Assembly: GCF_009914755.1 (NCBI RefSeq)
Contig: NC_060930.1
DNA length: 64,000 nucleotides
DNA from: the human T2T-CHM13v2.0 reference genome, Homo sapiens
Reading direction: 5' to 3' (one strand)
Shown here: positions 26,401 to 42,330 of the stretch, in pieces
Position numbering within the stretch: the stretch's first letter is position 1
Layout: every line of letters starts with the position of its first letter
Notes under the pieces: generated by a model
Database searches by the model: none
What the model saw: the letters and a program-made list of their open reading frames with translations, nothing else
Told to the model about the DNA's origin: nothing
Program-made: the position numbers and the translations under genes

Positions 26401-27718
26401 GGGTGTTTTTTCAGGAAATTATCAGAGAAGTTAGTATTTGTAGATCCCTGAAACATGCGGTATTTATATAAACAAATTGTCATGAATCAGATGAGCCAAA
26501 TGTTTCAATGTCTTCTGATTCCACAGATATGGAACAACCTGATTTACAAAACTGAAAAGATATCATTAGTCTGCAAACATTTTGTTAAAGAGCCAATTTT
26601 TGCACAGAGATTTAAATATTAGTTTAATACGATTAACTTTTCATTTCTAGGACACTGTTTATATTTTGACTTCATTTAATGTAAAGTGCAAATCCATTAC
26701 ATTTTCAAAAATAGGTTTCACATAACTTTAGTGGCAAATGGACTGCTACACTGTCAGCAGCCAGAATTGGTCTTTGGCTAATGGACAGCAGGTAAAGAAT
26801 AATAGTATTGCTGAGAAACCTACCCACATCTTACATGTTTTTGAGCATTCTCCCATCTCTGAAAAAAAAACAGTGTATTTATTATGTTTTAATTTTAGAA
26901 TAAGTTGGTAGAGATCAATTATTACTTCAAAAGAGACAATAAACAATGTTATTCAAATACCTGAATAACATGTAAGTCTCTTACTTATAGTAACAACAAA
27001 ATAAATAAGAAAGACTCCCCCCAGCTGCAGTGAAGTGGCTGGCCATTAGAGAGAGGAACTGACAGGGGCAGGAGAATGAGTAGCAGCAGATGGTAAAGCA
27101 GGTAGTGGGCTCCTACCACACAGACTTTATCCTGGTTATTGACAATACCCAGCCCACTGACCTCCACAGTACAGATTTCCATTTCAATGTGAAATCATAT
27201 AATTATTTACTCGTACAACTTCCCTTCCTACTACCCTATAAATTCTCTGAGATCACTGATTGATTGTCACTTATTCAACTTTATAACTCCAGACCCAACA
27301 AACTGCTGGAAAAATTGTCTCTATGAAACAGTAAGAAATGGCACAGAATATCTAACTATAAAAATGAAAAAAAATCCAATTGACTGCTTTGAAATGGAAC
27401 ATTAAGCTCAGGGATCTATTTCACTTTTAAGATGACGCAAAATCTCTTTTTCTCTTTGCTCACTGATTATGTGTTATTCAGAAAGTGTATTAACTCTAAA
27501 TTTTAGAACTAGATTTTTAGTAGAATATATGGTAACCCACATTGCAATTGGGAATTTTGTAAAATTAACTAATTTAGACAAATTTGCAAATTTTTAATTA
27601 ATTTGCATGGACTTTGTTAAAAGAATAGGAGGAGAAACAAACAACAAAAAATGAAAATATTGGAATTCTACTTAAGAGCATGTTTGAGATAAACATTTTT
27701 TCAGGATTCAAATTATGA

Positions 27719-28117
<399 letters not shown>

Positions 28118-29973
28118 GACCGTTCTTATTTTCTTAGGTAAGAAAACTAAATATAGAAAAGTTGAATGGCTTTTCCACAGATCAGGAGTTAAATTCATGT
28201 TTATTAATTCAGCAGCTAAAATTTGACCCAGCATTATAAAACCTTGACCCCTCAAAATATATACATCCTTTATTTTTTGCATAAGATAGTGGAAACTAAT
28301 GACAAATTATCTTGCAGTCCAAAGAGCTGCTAAATCAAATTCTAAGTTATTGTTTTCTATTCTTATAAAATCCAGTATTATTTTTAGATATAGATAGTAC
28401 CAAAATAGAGAAAGGTTAACATTTAAGCTAAAAGTTGCTACATACTTGAAAGCTCTAGGCTAAGCCTCTTGTACTTATAACTCCAGGAAAGCATATTTCA
28501 TGGGCATTGCTTCATTTCAGTATGATAATTACTCTATTGAGATGAAATTAATCATGAAGCAGCCTTTGGCCATCCTGTGTGACCAAGGGGACTGAAGCCT
28601 GAAAGAAGGGCCTATTTGCAGCCAGATATGCAAATTGCAAAAGGTGCACAATGCAGAAATATGAATAATGTATCAAAATAATCTGTTATTGCTAGAGGTT
28701 AAAAATCTAAATAAGTTGGCAAAATGATTTACAATAGGTAACATAATTTTGCTAGATTTTTTCCCCCAGAAAATCTTCACCTCATCAAGCCATGTATTTT
28801 TGTTTTGGAATCTAAGTAGCTTTTACCTTAATAACTTAGCATTATAGTGTTTAATTCAGAAAAAATTTGATTATTTCACGGCTACTAAAATAATCTATAT
28901 TTTAATCTAAAAAAGACTATCGCTTCCATTTAACTCATCTAAGTATTTCTTAATTTGAAAAAAGAAAGAATTTGGATGCTTTTACTACATGTAGGTCAAA
29001 ATCTACCTATAGATGTTACACATAAAATCAGCTTTTTCCAAAAATTAAGCATAGGAAAACAGAAAATGATTGGGAAACATCAATCAGAATAATGAGCATT
29101 TCCCCCTCATGGCATTATCTAGCTGTCTGGATAGAATGTGTGAGAATGACAAGTTTCTTAAGTAATCAACAATTTAGGGTTGAAGACCAAGGTATCAATT
29201 AATTTAAATGATTAGCAGAAGAAACTTTTTTTAACATAAAGGAAAGTTATGTGCAAGATACAGATCATTTGGCCTTTTACTCTTCAAAATATTTGCCATA
29301 TTAAGGGCAGATTACATTTAGACTAAGGAAAAGGTTTATTCCATGTATCTAATAAAACAACAGAATGCAATACCATGGAAGATATGAAGTCCCATTTCTT
29401 GAGATGCCAGAGAAAGAAATACCTGTCTTAGAGGGGTCCTAGATGTTTTTGCCTAAAGCAAAGAGACAGTACCAGCTGGTCACTCAAGGTTCCTTTCTAC
29501 CTTCTATAGCAACTTTCTAAAATCAGTGATTATGAACACAGATAAAAGTATTAGAAGAATTTGCCTACATCATTTTTGATGGCAAATTTCTTGATTATTT
29601 ATTCATTTGTATTATTAAGACTTATCCTGGTAGTCCTCCACTACTATAAAATAAGCATTCCTTTTGCATTGATAATATTTTAAAAGCAAGCATTCTGACC
29701 AACAAATTGGAATGATTTCCTTAGGAGAAGAATACACTTTCTAGAACAGTTAGGACTCAAACACAAATGTGAATTCTACTTAGAATTTCAAGTAGAAATT
29801 TGACACTTTAGTGAAATAAATGTTATGATTTGGAAAAACTATTGCATTCTCCATATGAGTGATTAATTTATTGGGCTAGGATTGATTCAGACTCTAAGAA
29901 AAATATAGTAATGATTTTAAAAGTCAAGAGCTTATTTTAGAAAATAAGCCATTTTATTTGACATAAAGAATAT

Positions 29974-29974
29974 G

Positions 29975-30015
<41 letters not shown>

Positions 30016-30032
30016 ACACACATACACATATA
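29974..30032. repeat. (TA)n/(CA)n compound microsatellite
   Basis: Seen directly. Confidence 0.93.
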
Positions 30033-30134
30033 CAAACATATAAAGGAAACAAAATTTCTGATTTAGCCATATTCTTCAGTTAAAATTTCAATTTTAAAAA
30101 TTAAATAAGGTCTAGTTGACAGGGCCTCTAATTT

Positions 30135-30479
30135 TGACAGTCCCCAACATTTTTGGCACCAGGGCCTGGTTTTGTGGAAGACAGTTTATGCTCACAGGGA
30201 CAGTGGGGGATGGGGGTAATGGGGGATGGTTTTGAGATGAAACTGTTTCACCTCAGATCGTCAGGCATTAGTTAGATCCTCATAGGGAGCACACAACCTA
30301 GATCCCTAGCATGAGCAATTGACAATAGGGTTCAAGCTCCTATGAGAATCTAAAGCCCCTGCTGATCTGACAGGAGATGGAGCTCAGGCTGTAATGCTCC
30401 TTTCCTGGCTGCTCACCCTCTGCTGTGCAGCCTGGTTCCTATCAGGCCACAGACCAGTACCAGGGTTTGGGGACCCGTG
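30135..30479 (+). mobile_element. MER1B hAT-Charlie DNA transposon
   Basis: gtccccaacatttttggcaccaggg…gaaactgtttcacctcagatcgtcaggcattagttagat…gggtttggggaccc. Termini are inverted. Confidence 0.88.
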
Positions 30480-31485
30480 CTCTAATGCCCACTTTACATA
30501 TAAGGTAGAGAGAGTGCTTTCCTCATTAAAGGGTGTCATAGAACAGTATGATCTAAATATAGCACTTAAAAAACCAGCCCCTTTTTTCTAATATTAGTAA
30601 GCAGTATATGTGAATATCACCATTCTGTTTTTCCTTTCCTAGAAAATAAGAAACACACACACCACTTTTATCTCCTTACCCAATTTGGAAATGTTATAAA
30701 CAAACAGAATTGTGTGAATGTAGTCCTCTGAAAATATAACGTAATAAGAATAGTGGAAAGAAAAACTAAGGGCAAAGACTGGCTTTTGTGTACCTTGTAT
30801 CTCTAACACAGTTCTTGGTACTGAGCAGCCATCCCGAAATGTTATTGCGTGAAAAAGTGAATAATGATTGGGAGACAAGGTGTTTGAAAAGCCCATATTA
30901 TATGCCTGACAATTCTAAACCAAATATGTGGCAATTATCCTCACAAAATTACGCAGACTTCTTGAGCCCTTTTTTTCCTCTACAGTTCTATAGATGTCAA
31001 AATCTAAAGATGTTATAATCATATTCAAAGAGAATTTAAGTTTTTTGTAAAAATGGCTAGGTTTGTAAAATGCAGATTACATTGATAAATTACCATGATT
31101 TCCAAAGGGTAGACATCCTGAATGGAGAATTCTAAATCAAGCAGCCCAAGGAAGAATTCAGAGGCTATTTCTAAGCAAACGCTTTCTGGTACACTTAGTC
31201 CTCAGATTAAACAGGGGGTTAGGGGTTGAACATTATGCAATTTGATTTTAAATGAGAAAACACGTCTCCAAATAATTACTGAGGTTTGTCACTTACTCTT
31301 CTGTATTTATTGCATGAGTGCTTACTGGGAATAAGGCATCTATATTACCTAAACATAAGAATTAGTTCCACCCACAGTTTGCTTAGGAATGCTGTGTGAA
31401 AAAATGCTAAATAAAGTGTATGGTACTCTGAGTTTTAGAGATTGGCAATTTTTAAGGAGGCAGGATATAGACAAGATTTAAAGGA

Positions 31486-31880
<395 letters not shown>

Positions 31881-31935
31881 TCAATCCAGCTGGAGCAGAA
31901 GAGTCTTGTTTGATGTTAATGAGAAGTAAAACACA

Positions 31936-32328
31936 TGAAATAAGCAGAAGGCCATTGGCCTGAGGCTGTCTTCACATTGTGAGTTCCTACATAATGAACT
32001 GCAACCTAACTCAGTATGTAAACAAACTGAAACCTTACTTAAGAGTATGTTTTTTGTAACAGAAAACAGTCTCAGTCAATCACAAACAGCTGAGCTTCAG
32101 CCAGTCACAGGCAGCCAACTGATCAGACCACGTCCAAATAAGGCAAATGTCTAGATTTAACCAGTCAAGCTATTTCTGTACTTCCCTTCAGTTTGGGCTA
32201 TAACAGCACACTGTCCACCTGAGCAGAGCTCTCTGAAACACTTTAGTTTTGAATCGTGCCAGGTTTATGCATCATTTTTTGCTCAAGTAAATTGTTAAAT
32301 TTAATTTGTTTAAAGGTTTTATTTTAAT
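31936..32328 (+). mobile_element. MER57-type ERV1 solo LTR
   Basis: gaactgcaacctaac…agccagtcacaggcagccaactg…caaataaggcaaa…ttgctcaagtaaattgttaaatttaatttg. Confidence 0.7.
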
Positions 32329-34275
32329 AAACCAAATGTTAAAGTTTGTTTAAAAGTAAATTATGGTCAAAATAATTGACCCTGAAATCTCAGCAAATAA
32401 GATAGACTTTTGTCTTAGTACATTGAGCGCTACTGCATTTTTGGGCAGGAAAGTTACACGGCAGTGTTTTGAAGAGATAAAAGTGTCCATGATTGTCTGG
32501 GAAAGGGCTTCTGTCCCTTCAGCATAGAAGCCAGGTACAATGTCACTGGAATACTCTGTGTAAGGTGATAATACCTTAGACTAAGCAAATGTTAATGGAA
32601 ATGGAAAAAAAATAAGCTAGATATTTAAAAGAAGAATCTAATACAATTTTGAGATTTGTTTGACATATACAGAGAAGGAAAGAAGGCTGTTTGTTCAAAT
32701 AAGACAGATTTTGGACTTGATAAACAGAATAGGTTTTAACATAATTTAACTAAAGCTTTTAACACATTTTAAGTTTGAAGCGATGGTACAAATTTAAATG
32801 AAAATATTGAGTAGACATTTGAAGAAAGGAGGGTCCTTGAAAAGATATGGAGATTCTAAAGTCATGCACATCGAAGTGTAAACTGAAATTAAGAGCGTGA
32901 ACAATTTTTCCCAGAGACAGATGAACAGAAGGCTTCAGACTACCATCCTATCAAGAAATATATTAGTTAATAATCTATAAGAAAAATCCAAATGTTGATT
33001 TCAACAAGGCCAGGGAAAAGACATTTTTTTAAATGAGGCAATAAAGTTCAGGGTTAAATAAAAAGAAATAAAATTTTATATCTAAGAGATCCCTGGAAAC
33101 CATTGTGGATATGGTTTTGGAATGGAAAAGAGCACAGAAGGAAGCCTACCTTTAGAGCTGTAAGGTGGACAGTAACAAAATAGAAGTGAGTGGAATCCAT
33201 TCCTGTGACAAATGTGGCAGAGGCCATAGGAAAAAAAGAAACTACAAAGGGGCTTGAAGATGGCAGGAAGATCAAGCAAAGGCTTTTTTCCTGTTTTGTT
33301 TGAGGAGAATAAAGAAACACCAAATGGAGAGAAAAATATGGAAAAGTCTGGGAAATGGGAAGACAATTAGGGTAGCAAGATCCCAGAATGTGTGGGAAGA
33401 AATAAGAAAAAAGCATAGGTATAAGTATCTGCCTAGGGAGATAAAGTACATCTTAGTCTGGAAATCAAAATTCCCCTATTAAAATAGCAGGAATACACAG
33501 CTGTTTCCTAGAAGGACAGTACTCTGATCAATGATGACACCTTGCAGAGCACAAGGAAGAGGTCCAAATTTAAAAAACTCAACATAACTGAAAATAGAAT
33601 TTTACTAAATAAAGAAAAGTTTTGCGAATCAAAATCAGAAATAAAAAAATACAGGAGAAAAGAGGAATTGAAAAAATGTAAGTAATACAAATAGAAAATA
33701 GTGAGATAAAAGATAGCAGTTGAAGGGAGGAAAATGGGACAAGATATTTGATATTCAAATTATTATTGAAATGATTCAGGTTTTATAATGTATATAATTG
33801 GGATACTACATGTTATTGGTGAATATTCTAATATATTAAGGTTATAGGGCAGCTTTTCCTTCTCAGACCAAAAAGAACCACTTAATAAATAGTTAAGAAA
33901 TCTCTAACAAAGACAGATAAGCCACACTTGATTATTTCCTTCTTTCTGATATTGGACTCTCAATCTTCTCCTTGGACTTTCATAAACATTCATTAAAAGC
34001 AAAGCAAAAATTTGGATGAAAGGACAATTAATTTTGAAGCTATGTACTGTGATAGATGCCACATACTTGATGTCCTTTCCAACCTAATATATAAAAATAT
34101 TCATTTCTGTAAACATGGAAATATGTTGTTTGTTATCTCTAAGATGTGTGGGAAAATATGCAGTTAGTATTTGAGATGTAATATCACTGAATTACTGAGC
34201 CATTTAGATTACAATCTATTTTTAACCTTTTTTAATTTTAGAGACTGTGGACTTTTTGTAATGTGTGGTGAACTA

Positions 34276-34566
34276 TTTTTTGTTTTTTTGTGTTTTGAGA
34301 AGTTTCTGTCACCCAGGCGGGAGTGCAGTGATGAGATCTCAGGTAACTGCAACCTCCACTTCCCAAGTACAAGTAATTCTTCTGCCTCAGCCTCCCAAGT
34401 AGCTGGGATTACAGGCGTGCACCACCACACCTGGCTAATTCTATTAAATAGAGATGGGGTTTCTGCCACGTTGGCCAGGTTTGTTTCGAACTCTTGACCT
34501 CAGGTGATCCACTCGCCTCAGCTTCCCAAAGCGCTGGGATTACAGGCGTGAGCCACTGCGCCTCCC
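34276..34566 (-). mobile_element. AluS
   Basis: Antisense Alu with gacctcaggtgatccac…gggattacaggcgtgagccactgcgcc. Confidence 0.93.
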
Positions 34567-37500
34567 ATGGACTGTTCTTTAGTTCACGTTTGTGTCATGG
34601 TTCTAAGAGTTCAAATGCTTTAACTGTCAGCTCACATGCTAATGCTCTAGATAAATAAATGGGCTTCTCAATATTGGCTTCCCTAAAAGGGAATTTCACC
34701 ACTTCATTCTCTCCTTTATCAGTGTTAAAAGGAATTATGCACAGCTCTGAGGAACAGTAGTCCCCAATGTTAGGCATGCAGATCTAAACTTAAATTGGTA
34801 TTTAGCTGGCAGCCTAGTGGTTCTCATAATATTAATACAAGCTAAGGTTACTGAATATTGACATTGCTTCTGGATCCCACATCTTCACGTATTGCAGCAA
34901 ATGTATCACTTTCTCTGGAGAACTATTCTGTAAAGCATAATGTGTTTCTTTAGCAGTCAACCTAGAGGTTGCCTTTAACCATTGAATATTCAAAATCCAT
35001 GCTTATATGCACAAATACCATATTGAGTCAATATTCAAATGCTGGAGCAATGTGCATAGAAGTGTTTGAGAGCAAGTGAGTAAATGCTAGTACAAAAAAA
35101 CAATTTCCCACATACTGTGGTAAAAGGCAAGTTATTGGTCTTCTAACAAATGGCTCAACTGAAATCTACTTTTACAGCTACTAGGCTTTCCAGTTAGCCC
35201 ATCTCCATCATCTCAAGATGGTCTGAATTCCAACTAACCCATCTGAAGGCAGTAGAAATTTTTATAAATATGAACTATACGCTGAGTTTTAAAATTAAAG
35301 AGTTTGGAAAATTCATTTAAGAATAAAATGTTACAATGTATTCTTCTGTGGATTACATTTTTGAAGACTTTAGCATCAACAAGAAATCTCAGAGGCAAAC
35401 ACAATTGGTTTCTGTATTACATGACGAGGCCGGAAATGGCTAAAGGAAGGGTGCAGTAGAGGTTACCGTGATAAATTCTCAGACCAAAAAGTTTAGTAAT
35501 TCTCATCTTTCAACCAGGCTCACATTATGATGTAAAATTTAAAAAGTCAATTTAATTTAAAAAACAAATAACTGCAAATTTTTTTTAATCAAAGGAGGAA
35601 TATACCTTTCACCAATGGCCCCATACTAATTGTAATCCTCATGGGTACCTAATCCAATACTTCAAGTACTACAAGCAGAGAACACTCATTAGATTACTTA
35701 CACTAAGAAAAATCTCCCATCTCTTGAAAAGCAAATGGAAGCTTAACGATAGTCCCTCAGTATTTTGTGCTATAATGTTTTATAGTTCATATTTAATTTA
35801 TCTTGAGACCATATTTGACTCCAAGTAATAGCTAAAATATGTCTACTCAAATTTCTAAAAAACTGCATTGATTCTTCATCCTTCATTTGTTGAATTTTCT
35901 AGAAAACCAGATAAGCACAAATGCACAGATTAAAATTTTAGTCAGAAACATTTTTAAGCCAAGTAAAAGCCAAAATAGAATGATGTAGGACCAAAGAAAA
36001 CTAAAACCTATAAATATTCTGAATGTTATTTTCAACAAAAATAAATTTCACAAACATCAAGATTGTATACCACATTAAATTCAGAAAGTATCTCCAATAT
36101 ACTGAAAAGCTCACTCTACACTATTATTTGAATAAAAAGTTAAATTTTTAAACACAGTGTTTAAAAAGTCTTTGCATTAATTACTGCACTTGATCTGTAT
36201 CATTACTTTGTAAGATAGGCCACTAGGCCTGGACTAAACTGCAAGCATTCTGACCCTAGCCCAGCATGTTGTCAATATAACAAGAATTACCACTTCTCTT
36301 CAAAATAATGCCATTTTTCCTTGCAATTTTAAACTATAAATTTTAATATAAAGCTTAAAACTTTATATTATGTAATATATAATATTAAATTTTATTTTCC
36401 GTCATATGCATGTATATAAAATGAAAAGCCAATATAATTTCTAAAAGGTTTTGCTGTGACTCATTGTGATAGCCATATATAAACATAGGAAAATCTTTTA
36501 CATAAATGTCTCTGCCTTTAAAATAAAATAACAACAATGGCAATTATAACAGCTAATTTCTATACAGCAAATTTATAGAAAATCCTATATTGTTTTACTT
36601 AAGAAGAGAAAGTATTATTTCACATAACAGGAAGTCCAACATAGAAGGGTTTCAAGGTTTACTGATTCAAAAACAAAAATTGTCGTCTTTATCTCTGTGC
36701 TCTCCCCTTGCTCCAAGCCTGGTGGGTTGGCTGGTAGGGTAATCAATTTCAGGGGCTTCAGTAGAGTAGGAAAAAGAGAAAAGAAACCCACAATACCTTC
36801 CCACCTTCAGGATCCAAGCTCAGGGTGCTTGCTGAGAGGGCCCAAGCTTAGGTGGGGGTGGGGTGGGGGAAATTTTTATTTGAATGAAAGTTGGGAGCTT
36901 TGATAATATACTGGATTGGATGTCTTGAAAAAAGACACCATTGTTTTATTATCTGAGTTGAGCATGACCGGGCAAGCTATAGTGTCTGTTCCTGATTTCA
37001 CCCAAGGGGTGAAGAGAAGCAAGTCTACAGAGTGGGTTTGCATTGGTAGTTACAGAAAGAATAAAGTTGCTTTCTGCTTATACCAACCAAACCGAACGAA
37101 ACATGTTTTATTAACTCTGTGCATACAGAAACAGAGTCAGGGCTCTTCCCCATGCCCTTACTTGTCTTGTTCTACTTTTCTCTTTTTCTTCACAGTCAAC
37201 CACTTTTTACCCTCCAAAGTAAATACTATCATTTCTTGGAAACTTTTCTGATCCTCGTAGTGCAATTGTTTTCTCCCTCCTTGGGGCCAACATAGTGCTT
37301 CACCAGGACTTTCTTAAGGCATCTGTCCCTTTCTATGCTTGCTTTTGCTGTTCAGAGACATGTTTCTATCTCTCCTCCTAAGCTGCACACTCCCATAAAA
37401 TTCCCATATGCATCTTGTTTTTTTCTTTTGGCTCATGGCACCCTCTCTGTGACTATGGACAATACATACTCTTTCTCTTTTTTTTGTATAAATAATGAAC

Positions 37501-37764
37501 TAAAGGAATAAGTCCCTTGAATAAAAAATGTTTATTATTTTGAAGGATCAAACAGCAAGGGAAAAAAGCATGGCAATATTTTTTTTTGTAAAAATTAATC
37601 TTAAGGAAGGTAAAAGTAAGGTCTCTGCCTTTTATAATTGCTTGATTCAAAATTGTTATAAACCTTGAAAATTATAGCAAAACATGAAACACTTTTGTAA
37701 TAAGAAATTATTTTTCCACAAAGACCTCACCACAATAAACCACCTAGGAAGTAGCAATATTGTA

Positions 37765-38030
37765 AACACATTAAGAGCATAAGTCCTAGAGGTGCCTGGT
37801 CTGGGTTTAAATCTTGCTCCACCAATTTCTAATTGTGTGGCATTGGTGAATCATTCAACAGCTCTCTTCCTCAGTTTCCCAAATATGGCTTTAAAATGTA
37901 TTAACAATGGTACCTGGTTTTATGCTGGTACTAATCAGTACATTGAAATACAATGAATGAATGCATTGAAAATGCTTATAGGAGGTCCTGGCAAATAGTA
38001 AGTATTCAATACCATGTGTTTAGTGCTATT
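37765..38030 (+). mobile_element. MIR SINE
   Basis: ctgggtttaaatcttgctccacc…ctcagtttccc…cctggcaaatagtaagtattcaata. Confidence 0.75.
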
Positions 38031-38218
38031 TATCTTGTTCATCCCAACACTGTGCTCACAATACTTCATCATCAAAATCTCTGAATTTCATTGAAGCATC
38101 TCACTATACATGGTACTAATTAAGCACTTGAATAAGGTCATATTTTATATTTTCTAATATAAAGTACAAAATTCTCATACCTATGTCTTAGAGAAGTAAC
38201 TTGACAATAATTGTTTTG

Positions 38219-38557
<339 letters not shown>

Positions 38558-39164
38558 CTACCGTCCCAGAAGTACCCATTCGAATTCCTTGTTTAAATTT
38601 ACATGGAAGAGCATATCTTTAAGAGTAATAATCTCTGACAAGAAAAATCATTTTACGAGTGATATATAGCACTTTAAAGTGGAACCCATAGAATACTAGT
38701 CCAGATAGATGCTCTTCTCCACAAAAGCAGCTCAGGGTCAAATAACACTGGAGAGCACTGCATACAAAATGTTACCCTCCTAAGACTTTACAATATACTT
38801 AACATATACCAGACTGAAATTCTGCAGTAGAGAAACCAATCTAAGTTAGGGCACTGATTCCTAAACATATGTGATGATAGAACTTTTCTTTAATGCAACA
38901 CTCATTAATGAGGAACATAGACTGGGTGATGTTACTCCTGGAAATGGAAATAATAAGTATTCCTTGCTTCTCTTTCACACTAACTACAATAATAATATCA
39001 TATAGTCACTTAGTGATTTATTTAACAGATGTGTCTTGAAAACCTATAAAGTTCACAGTACTTATGTAGAATATTTACAGTTTACAAGGCTCTTTGACAT
39101 ATATTCTTCAATTTAGCCCACAAAATGGGTAGTAGTCAGCAACACAGCTTTCACAGATTCTCAA

Positions 39165-39370
39165 AAGCAATATGGATTAGTGAAAAGAACATAAATATTG
39201 CAGTCAGAAAGGTCACGCTTTGAATCTTGGCTTTGCCATTTCATATTTTCCTTGAGCATGCTTAAGTTTTCAAAGGCTCATATTGCTGTGAGGATTAAAT
39301 GAGGTGACATATGTAAAGTACCAACCATAATACTTTGAACATAATAGCCACTTGCAAAGGTATTCATTCT
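39165..39370 (+). mobile_element. MIR fragment
   Basis: ttgaatcttggctttgcca…ttgctgtgaggattaaatgaggtgacatatgtaaag. Confidence 0.7.
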
Positions 39371-39508
39371 TCCTACTTTTGAATGTTAGCAAAGAAACAG
39401 ATTCTTCTGCTTATGTATTGCAGTTATTAATTCTCCTTAATTTTGAACACAAGCATGACATTCACTTCACAAAATGTGCCTTGCTCTGTCAGTTAAAACA
39501 GATAATGT

Positions 39509-39513
<5 letters not shown>

Positions 39514-39539
<26 letters not shown>
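39514..39539. repeat. (CA)n microsatellite
   Basis: Seen directly. Confidence 0.95.
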
Positions 39540-40859
39540 CCAAAACTCAGAGTCTAGTGAGAAACAAATACCCAGTATTGTATGCCATGTGCTATTATAA
39601 GGGATAGAGATTTTATGAAATTCATTGAAACAAGACACCTGTCCATCCAGAAGACCAGTAAGGGGTGATATTTTATGAAAGTAACAACTGGTATTCAAAC
39701 AAAGGGGAGGTGGAGAGAGGAGGATAAGGATTTGAACAAAGAAGGCTCTGAAATAATCATAATTGTAAGAGAGAGTGGGTTGACTTTAAACAATTGGATG
39801 GACTTTTATATGGATGGAGCAAAGGGCGATGAAAGAGTTATCAAGAGATGAAGCCAGAGAAAGATCAGGAAAGACATTGAAACTCTTCAATTAAGACTTT
39901 ATCCTAGGGACAAAGTAAAGCTTTGGCAGGTTTAAGTGGAGAGTGAAATAATCAGACATGCCGTCAGTGAAATCATTGATGCAGAATATTTGGTGTAAAG
40001 TACATATTGTGAAGGAGGATACAGTACTGCTCCAGACTAGAGTAATGATGACCTGAACTAAGACAAAGGCTGCGGAGTCCAAGAGCTGTGGGCAGATATA
40101 AGAGATCAAATTGGTAAGACATTTCTATGCCCAATCACATAAAGTAAAACAGAACACCATGCATTTTCTCCCCTTTTGCAAGCACCTAGCATCAGGACAA
40201 TAAAATATTACTCACTGCACTCACAAAAATTACCAAATAGTTTACAGCAAAACAAAAAGTGATCAACGAAGAAACAAAATGAACCAAAATGTAATGTTAA
40301 TCATTTCTATAACATTTATTGTATTTTCTCTTCACTTATTGAAACTAAAAGTATTTTAAGTATATATTTATTGTGTATCCACAATAAGTGACTAGGGAAT
40401 TTATGACAGCAACAGCAACAAATAAACATAGGGTCAGTGAAAATACATGTGGTATTAATTAAATGTACAGTGATTTATACACAGTTTTACTAAAATGATA
40501 GTGGATTACATCACTGTTTATACATATCTGGACATCACAAATATTAGTATTTAAGAGTCAGCTTTGAGGGTGAAATAGAATGTGTAATTAAAAGGAAGAC
40601 AGAGATGAAAGTCTGAATCTTTCCAAAGGTTGTAGCCTTTATTTCTGTCCCTTAGTGTGTTAATATATTTCTAAATTTTGCTTCACAAATACATAACAAA
40701 ATGACACCTATTGATTGCCAACATACATCAGCAGTGTGCTAGGCATTTTGAAAATTATTATACCCAATACTAATATAATGAACGGCCAAATTTGATATTT
40801 ACAAGCAGAAGAGTGCCTGGTGTGTAGCTGTTATTCAATAAGTTTTGTTACATGTATGA

Positions 40860-41166
<307 letters not shown>

Positions 41167-41794
41167 TGAATAACTACTTTCTAAGGAAGATTGATTATGG
41201 CAAATAAAGGGTCCTTCAAGCAACAGGATGAGTGTGAATATCAAAAGGAGAGTTTGCGAATAGAGGCTGAAGAGAACTGAATTGCTTTGTATGACCTAGT
41301 TGGAAAGTTTGGAATTTCTGGGGGAAATCCAAAACTCAGGATGTGAGAACAAGCTATGGCAGAAGGAAGGCACCAAAGAGGAGTCAGAGAGATGACGTGC
41401 AGTGGGAGGGAACCTGGGAAAGGGCAGTGAAGAGTAGCCTGAGGATATTAAATAGCAAAGATACCCAATACTTAATCTGTATTTATTAATATTGCCACAT
41501 AGTAAGAACTTTCCCCATCCCCTCTACCATCTGCAGGTATCTTTTTAAAAAAATTCTATGCTTTGCACAACTGGTTTCTGAAAATGGATTTTATGGAAAC
41601 TAAAGAAAAGTGCTTTTATGGAAAAAAACAAAAGGCCAGCATACAGAGAATTAAGAAGCCAGTCCATGAGCTGAACCAAGTAAGTAAGAGCAGAACTCAC
41701 AGAGAGAAGTGATCTAGGGCATGTAAACCTTAGCAACATTTAAGAAAACATGGGAAGGATTTGGGACTTTTAAAGAGTATAGGTATATTAGAGA

Positions 41795-41976
41795 CAGTTT
41801 TTACCAGCTTATGAGACCAGATAGTTAAATTTTCAGAAATCCTTCTGGCTGGTTAATTTCATGTTGTTAGCTTCAAATTGGCCTTGGTGGAATTACGTAC
41901 ACCACGGAAATCAGCAAACACTATAACGCAGTACTATTTTTATCTCCCCAAAATATAGCTAACCAGCACACCATGG
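41795..41976 (-). mobile_element. MER63-type hAT DNA transposon
   Basis: gttagcttcaaattggccttggtgg…tacaccacggaaatcagcaaacacta…accagcacacca. Confidence 0.7.
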
Positions 41977-42117
41977 AATCTTATGTAGTTATTAGACGAA
42001 CACAGGACCTGAACCTTGCCTTAACTAAAACCACAATTTACTTCCCAAGTCTATATTATTGGAAAACAAGGGAAATGGGTGGGAGCTGGGGAGAACATGG
42101 TAAATTTAAAGATTAGG

Positions 42118-42330
42118 CAGTGCTGTCCAATATGGCAGCCAATAACTGTATTAAGCTGTTTAAATGCAAAATTAAATAATTTAAAGTTAAATAAAACTGA
42201 AAATTTGACTTCTCAATAACTAGTCATATTTCAACAGCTAAAGAGCCACCTGTGGCTAGTGGCTGCCACATGCAACAGTACAGACATAAGATATTTCTAC
42301 CAATATAGGAAGTTTAATTGGATAGTGCTG
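42118..42330. mobile_element. MER3-type hAT MITE
   Basis: Terminal inverted repeats cagtgctgtccaat…attggatagtgctg; internal agccacctgtggctagtggctgcca. Confidence 0.85.
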
